From a virus (Duplodnaviria > Caudoviricetes): 62,078 nucleotides of DNA. Position 1 is the stretch's first letter. Every line of letters starts with the position of its first letter. Under the pieces are notes generated by a model, which saw nothing but the letters and a program-made list of their open reading frames with translations, had not been told where the DNA came from and searched no databases. Where the stretch lies: IMG/VR virus record IMGVR_UViG_3300034104_006372, positions 1 through 62,078 of that record; one strand, written 5' to 3'. The position numbers were made by a program, and so were the translations under genes. Shown piece by piece: positions 57,330 through 62,078 of this stretch.

Positions 57330-57812
57330 TCAGGTATATTTTTCCCCAATTAATATAATAATATTTTTAGCTTCCTCCAAATCTACCTGGAAGAATTCTC
57401 TTTGATTACTTATTCTATATTCTTTTAAAGCAGTATGTACTTCATTTTCCATCAAACTCCCATCAAAACATCTAAAAGCCCATTCTACTTTAAAAGGTAC
57501 TACTACTCCTGTAGAAGATGATATTTGTTTTGCTCTTAATTCTGGGGATAAATTAGTGTATCCTATTTTTAAAGCATCAGGAATAGTAGGATTAGAGAGG
57601 ACATAAATCCATTGGTTACCTTCTCCTCTATTAATGTAAATATCATTTCTTTTAGATAAATAATAAGTAACTTTTTCCCAACCTCTACTAGCCATTTCAG
57701 GATTAGGATGTGGGCCTATAGTATAATATGAAGCTCTATGAATATTTCTATTTACAGTATCATCATCCAACGGGATGTATTTTTCGGCCTGTTCAAGAGT
57801 AATTTTTTTCAT
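57330..57812 (-). CDS. T5orf172/MUG113 (GIY-YIG-like) domain protein
   Basis: WIYVLSN..LKIGYT..R..QISS.TGV..PF..E..VH..REFF. Confidence 0.85.
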   Translation of the reverse strand: MKKITLEQAEKYIPLDDDTVNRNIHRASYYTIGPHPNPEMASRGWEKVTYYLSKRNDIYINRGEGNQWIYVLSNPTIPDALKIGYTNLSPELRAKQISSSTGVVVPFKVEWAFRCFDGSLMENEVHTALKEYRISNQREFFQVDLEEAKNIIILIGEKYT

Positions 57813-57823
57813 AAAATTTAAAT

Positions 57824-57850
57824 AGAGGGGGGTTTAACCCCCCTTCTTTT
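57824..57850. terminator. GC hairpin, possible bidirectional terminator
   Basis: AGGGGGGTT-T-AACCCCCCT flanked by A/T runs. Confidence 0.6.
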
Positions 57851-58653
57851 TAATTAGCATACTCTAAAGCCTTAGAAAACATTCTTTTATTAAGATCCAT
57901 ATCTTGTTGGAAATTCTTAATTTTACGAGCACTTCTAGTTTTACCTTTCAAGGTAGAATACATGAAATTTCCTTCAAGAATATTTTCTTGGATTCGGTTA
58001 AATACCTTCCACAAATTATTTCCTTCATCTTCTTTTCTTTGAGGAGCTAATACTTGCTCAATTGAAACATAAGAAAAAGTATTTTCGGTATTTTCAACTC
58101 TAGTTTCGAGCAAATCCTTAGCTAGTGAAAGAATTTGTTCTTGTTCCAATTCAATACTAACCATTTTATTCATAGCCTCAACTGTTAAAGGAAGTGTTTC
58201 AACCATTTTTTTAATAGTATTTTCAAGTTCCTCAAAGTTATAACCCATATGGCGGATTTTAACATCAGCAAACTGGTCAGTGCAAGCCACTAATCCATTT
58301 TCACAAATCATTCTAAACAATCCCGCTGTGAAAGTAAATGCATTTTTACCATCATGTGAATTAGTCAATAGAATCTGTGGGAAAACTACATCACCATCTT
58401 CTCCATTAATAGAGATATCATTGTTTCTAAACACCACTAAGTGTTTTTGAAAGCCTACATTTTTACGGGCTCTAACCTGCTTAGCATCAACAACACCCCA
58501 ACCCAATATTTCCATATCTCTGATTACTCTATCAGTTGGAATGTGTGAGTACTTTTCGGAGGTATTACCTGAACCGTGCTGTGTAAAGATTGAAGGAGCA
58601 ATAGATCTAAGTTGCTCAACTGTTTTAAACTCGGAATTTTGTAGATTTAGCAT
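57850..58653 (-). CDS. DUF932 domain protein
   Basis: SEKYSHIPT, LTNSHDG, GLFRMICENGLV, LWKVFNRIQEN. Confidence 0.85.
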   Translation of the reverse strand: MLNLQNSEFKTVEQLRSIAPSIFTQHGSGNTSEKYSHIPTDRVIRDMEILGWGVVDAKQVRARKNVGFQKHLVVFRNNDISINGEDGDVVFPQILLTNSHDGKNAFTFTAGLFRMICENGLVACTDQFADVKIRHMGYNFEELENTIKKMVETLPLTVEAMNKMVSIELEQEQILSLAKDLLETRVENTENTFSYVSIEQVLAPQRKEDEGNNLWKVFNRIQENILEGNFMYSTLKGKTRSARKIKNFQQDMDLNKRMFSKALEYAN

Positions 58654-58696
58654 AACTTTTATTTGTTTTTTATTGTTGTAACCATTAACAACACCG

Positions 58697-58727
58697 TAAA
58701 TATACGACAGACCTCCTGTGGAGCCAA
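58697..58727 (-). promoter_or_regulatory. early host-type promoter TTG-N20-TATATTTA
   Basis: Lies in a ~40-bp near-repeat of 60716-60755. Confidence 0.7.
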
Positions 58728-58824
58728 GCTACCTGTGGAGTACTTTTGAAAGCTTTTTAATAGCAATGCCAGCTTTACCACACCACTCCCTCTTATCCGT
58801 ATATACAATATTTTCAAAAATAAC

Positions 58825-58855
58825 TTGCCATCCGTAAAAAACATTATTATATTTA
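58825..58855 (+). promoter_or_regulatory. divergent host-type promoter TTG-N20-TATATTTA
   Basis: Same consensus on the plus strand, upstream of the only plus-strand operon. Confidence 0.65.
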
Positions 58856-58885
58856 AATCAAAAAACATATAAACAAAAAACAGTT

Positions 58886-59053
58886 ATGAATCCATTATTA
58901 TTTATTTTAATTGTAGGATGGTCAATGTTAATATCCTTTACAGTTCCAAAATTTATTAAAAATGAAGAGCTAAAATACGGGGTAACACTAATGTTAAATT
59001 CAATGTCTTTAGGGGTATATCTTGGGGTAACTATTGGGGCTTTATTTTTTTAG
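58886..59053 (+). CDS. 55-aa two-TM membrane protein
   Basis: Hand translation MNPLLFILIVGWSMLISFTVPKFIKNEELKYGVTLMLNSMSLGVYLGVTIGALFF; below the ORF cutoff. Confidence 0.65.
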   Translation: MNPLLFILIVGWSMLISFTVPKFIKNEELKYGVTLMLNSMSLGVYLGVTIGALFF

Positions 59054-59069
59054 CTATAAAAAATATTTT

Positions 59070-59372
59070 ATGATACACGTAAAAAGTTTTCCACTACAAA
59101 ACTATACACGGCAAGTAGAAAAAGCTGTTGTAATTTTTGGTTCCCCAACATGCTCAGCATGTAAAAAATTAACCGAAATTATTGTTCCGTTACTCGAACA
59201 AGTTCACACGGATGTAGAATTTATGTTTCTGGATGGTGATCGATTTGAAAGTACAGCTGACTATTACGATATTGAATATTACCCCACCTTGGTTTATTTT
59301 GTGGGGGGGAAAGAAAGAGAAAGAATCCAATCTACGAATATAAAAGAAATTGAATCGGCATTATTTAAATAA
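59070..59372 (+). CDS. thioredoxin-like protein
   Basis: CSAC motif, YPTLVYF; likely start ATG at 59070. Confidence 0.85.
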   Translation: MIHVKSFPLQNYTRQVEKAVVIFGSPTCSACKKLTEIIVPLLEQVHTDVEFMFLDGDRFESTADYYDIEYYPTLVYFVGGKERERIQSTNIKEIESALFK

Positions 59373-59379
59373 AAAAATT

Positions 59380-59775
59380 ATGGAATTATTTGCATTAGGC
59401 GTTGTCATTGGGGGTTTAGTTACCCTGGGTATTTGTGTTTTTGAGTTATGGAAATCTAGAAAAAGTGCTTTTAAAGATGATGAGTATGAACGAACGTTGA
59501 TTGAATATCATGCTTTGATTAAAGATTTAGATTCAAAATATTTGGATTTGTACGTGGAAATTGAACAAATGCGAACTATTCTTAAAAACAATGGTTTTGA
59601 AAAAGACGTGGATATCCCCTCTACCTTACGTACCTTGAATGAAAAGGTAGAAACCGTAAGATCAAATCAAGATTTTGATAGAAGAATACAAACCAAAGCT
59701 ATTGGTAGCTTAGTTGATGATATGAATAGAGTTAAAAAATATGTAACACGTATTGCCTCTGGTAATGAATATTAA
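59380..59775 (+). CDS. N-terminal TM + coiled-coil protein
   Basis: MELFALGVVIGGLVTLGICVF. Confidence 0.65.
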   Translation: MELFALGVVIGGLVTLGICVFELWKSRKSAFKDDEYERTLIEYHALIKDLDSKYLDLYVEIEQMRTILKNNGFEKDVDIPSTLRTLNEKVETVRSNQDFDRRIQTKAIGSLVDDMNRVKKYVTRIASGNEY

Positions 59776-59872
59776 TTTTTAGGTTTGTATATATTTTCCA
59801 TGCCCAAAAAGGTTTTTTAAAAAAGAAGGTTGCCGCTTTATGTTTTTTTTCCAAAATGGGTAAAATGGAAAA

Positions 59873-59901
59873 AGGCCCCCTTTATGGGGGGGCCTATTTT
59901 T
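59873..59901. terminator. GC hairpin between converging transcription units
   Basis: AGGCCCCC..GGGGGCCT with A-run before and T-run after. Confidence 0.7.
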
Positions 59902-60157
59902 TGTTTAAGATATTTGTATATACTTGGTCGGGGTGGAAAGTTTTAGAAGTTATATTTGTACGCCTACAATCCTTTTTCCGGCACCCACGCATATATGGAT
60001 ACCTACGCGTATGGGCGTAACTACGTAATATATACGGCATACCGGCCAAGGCGTATACGCGCACGTACGGACACAGGTAGGGGGTACCCCATATGGAATA
60101 CCCCAATTTAAGAACAACATGCATGTTGTTTCAAAAATTATGGTTATGTATGTTTAT

Positions 60158-60349
60158 TTATGTCAATTCATTGGTATACTTTAATTCCGACACTGCGTGT
60201 CTAATGACACCCCTCAAATACCCAACCTCATAAGCCAATTTGAATGTTGGCTCATCAGCATTTTCATTACCATGCTTTTCAGCCTCCATAATACCATTTT
60301 CCATTAGGGTGATCAATCGATCAATGTTTTCGTTTTTATACTTTTTCAT
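60158..60349 (-). CDS. small early hypothetical protein
   Basis: ORF; GTTATG start context. Confidence 0.6.
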   Translation of the reverse strand: MKKYKNENIDRLITLMENGIMEAEKHGNENADEPTFKLAYEVGYLRGVIRHAVSELKYTNELT

Positions 60350-60370
60350 AACTTATTATTATATATTATT

Positions 60371-60655
60371 CTATTCTACGTTGAATACCATTTCTGATAA
60401 AGCCATTTTATAATTGGTTCTTTGACCCATCATATCATAGGTGTATAAACTAATATAACGTTTAGTTGTTTTTCCAATATTCATAGAACTTCCAAACAAT
60501 TCTGCTCTACCAATAGACCAAGATATATTATCAGAATAGGTGAACTTATATAATGTATATTTTTCACCTTTATATGTGAATGGGGTTTTTTCTTCCAACC
60601 ATCCAGCTTTCATTTTATTTACTACTTGAAACTCTACTCCATTAAATACGAACAT
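60371..60655 (-). CDS. early hypothetical protein (likely start MFVFNG at 60655)
   Basis: ORF downstream of the promoter at 60723. Confidence 0.6.
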   Translation of the reverse strand: MFVFNGVEFQVVNKMKAGWLEEKTPFTYKGEKYTLYKFTYSDNISWSIGRAELFGSSMNIGKTTKRYISLYTYDMMGQRTNYKMALSEMVFNVE

Positions 60656-60722
60656 AACCATTATTTTTATTATATTATCATATAACACCGTGTTATATAA
60701 TCGTTAACCTAAATCAACACCG

Positions 60723-60753
60723 TAAATTTACGAACAGATCCTCGGGTCTCCAA
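60723..60753 (-). promoter_or_regulatory. early host-type promoter TTG-N20-TAAATTTA
   Basis: 20-nt spacer; near-repeat of 58690-58729. Confidence 0.7.
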
Positions 60754-61185
60754 GCGTTTCACATGAGGCTTTCAACAAATGGTTAATAATTTTTTTAAAA
60801 ATTTAACAAAAAAATTTTAAATTTAAATTAAACTTTGCAAATTTAACAATTGGTATAAGTGAGCTTTCTTCTTATTTGCAATTTTTATATGTGTTTTTTG
60901 CAAATAGTGCAATTGGTGTATATATTTTAGAAGAGGTTTAGAATAGGTTGGCTAGCGATGTGAGTAGGTTAATATTTGCCTTCCCCTATCCCCAACACCA
61001 CATCCACCCCGTTCCACATACTATACCATTACTTTTAGATTAATCGAAACTTCTACCATTCATACCCCCACTTATATTCCGTTGTCCACACTTGTGTTAC
61101 CATATACCTAAATATTAGTTGTGTTGGATCTAAATGTCAGTTCCGTTATATCTAAATAGGAGTTTCGATGCACCGAAATTGTTAA

Positions 61186-61425
61186 TTACACACCCTCATT
61201 AAACGCATCATATAGCTCCACCCAATTAACATTATCAATATCAATTCCATCATTCACCCGTATAATATAATTTTCCATTGTTTCATATAGGTGATTAGCA
61301 TCTGTTGAACGAGTAGCTCGACGATACATTAGCTCATCATCCGTTATCCAATTGTAGGTATTCCACGTGTCCCAATTGCTCCATCCGTTATATGTTTCTA
61401 TGTTGGCGGTAGTAAAATTATTCAT
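61186..61425 (-). CDS. small early protein (YNGWSNWDTW family)
   Basis: YNGW.N..TW...W and VNW.EL motifs typical of a phage DUF. Confidence 0.7.
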   Translation of the reverse strand: MNNFTTANIETYNGWSNWDTWNTYNWITDDELMYRRATRSTDANHLYETMENYIIRVNDGIDIDNVNWVELYDAFNEGV

Positions 61426-61436
61426 ATGCTGGATTG

Positions 61437-61613
61437 TTATTTATTTTTATTTTTATACACGATTATTCCTGAATAGTAACTCACGATTATCCCTACCATT
61501 ATATCCCACATTGTTATATCACGTCCCGGGGAGCTAAATGCAATTATTACTCCCACACATAGTAGAATAGGGAGTATATTTAGAATGATTGTATTATATT
61601 GTCGTTTGTTCAT
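61437..61613 (-). CDS. 58-aa two-TM membrane protein
   Basis: Hand translation MNKRQYNTIILNILPILLCVGVIIAFSSPGRDITMWDIMVGIIVSYYSGIIVYKNKNK. Confidence 0.55.
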   Translation of the reverse strand: MNKRQYNTIILNILPILLCVGVIIAFSSPGRDITMWDIMVGIIVSYYSGIIVYKNKNK

Positions 61614-61617
61614 AACC

Positions 61618-61926
61618 TTATTTTTGAATTACTTTAAGAAATGGTTTAAAATCAGTTTTATATTCATTACTTAGATTAGCCATATTAATCATAGTATCAA
61701 TAAACGATTTTTTAGCAAATGTCATATCTGAACTACCAAATCCCTGATCTTCAGGCCAATCTTCAAAATCTGACATAACATCACTTAGTGCCACATATAT
61801 AGCATCTGTTATTGTAACTTCTCTTCCACTCCACTTACTGGTAACTGGGAATGCTTTTTCGATAATATCGTATCCTTCAATTTCTCTAGCAGATAAAACT
61901 GAGGTTAAATTGAATGGTAATGCCAT
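61618..61926 (-). CDS. early hypothetical protein
   Basis: ORF; QGFGSSD. Confidence 0.65.
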   Translation of the reverse strand: MALPFNLTSVLSAREIEGYDIIEKAFPVTSKWSGREVTITDAIYVALSDVMSDFEDWPEDQGFGSSDMTFAKKSFIDTMINMANLSNEYKTDFKPFLKVIQK

Positions 61927-61934
61927 AACTTTTA

Positions 61935-62078
61935 TTATTTATTTAAGGTTGAATTATTCATTACTGTATCTAAAATGATATTGTATGCATCTACTGTATC
62001 ATATCCTTGTCTATCATAAAATGAAATAATGGCTCCTATACTATTACACTCGTTAATTTCATTTGTAGCACCCTTAAC
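61935..62078 (-). CDS. partial hypothetical protein (3' end only)
   Basis: Open frame from the window edge ...VKGATNEINECNSIGAII...STLNK*. Confidence 0.5.
   Translation of the reverse strand, partial: VKGATNEINECNSIGAIISFYDRQGYDTVDAYNIILDTVMNNSTLNK

Noticed and set aside
58659-58868. 69-aa minus-strand ORF
   Set aside because: It spans two divergent promoters; more likely intergenic
59894-60124. 76-aa minus-strand ORF
   Set aside because: It overlaps the palindrome cluster and terminator, and its composition is atypical; probably non-coding
1-62078. Stop-codon reassignment, tRNA or rRNA genes
   Set aside because: Genes are full length under the standard code and end in TAA, TAG and TGA; no cloverleaf or rRNA was recognised by eye

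Overview
A 62-kb, AT-rich segment of a large T4-like (myovirus-type) phage; almost all genes are on the minus strand. Host is probably Bacteroidota, inferred from TTG-N20-TAnnTTTA promoters and no obvious Shine-Dalgarno sequences. From left to right it holds: tail-fibre genes; neck and tail-completion genes (gp15/14/13-like); phoH; major capsid, scaffold, prohead protease, portal and large terminase; an overlapping spanin-like gene pair; kinase, nucleotidyltransferase and FAD-oxidoreductase genes; a ~13-kb island of probable capsid-internal cargo proteins; exonuclease, primase and a GIY-YIG gene; a three-glycosyltransferase cassette that splits a baseplate/tail gene; large baseplate genes (gp6-, gp25-, gp5-like); a gp55-like late sigma factor; and small early genes around a non-coding region. 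Two candidate systems stand out. (1) Phage-encoded virion O-glycosylation: HPAT/SGT-like, GT6 and GT25-like enzymes, a strong excess of [S/T]-[G/A/S/Q]-S tripeptides in external virion proteins, and a mucin-like poly-Thr linker. (2) Modular capsid addressing: short N-terminal tags, one copying the scaffold C-terminus (R[WM]Q.LAG[IL]), followed by [ILV]-x-E protease-type sites, including a four-enzyme polyprotein. Several candidate structured RNAs are also present. All family calls come from motif recognition by eye; no searches were run.
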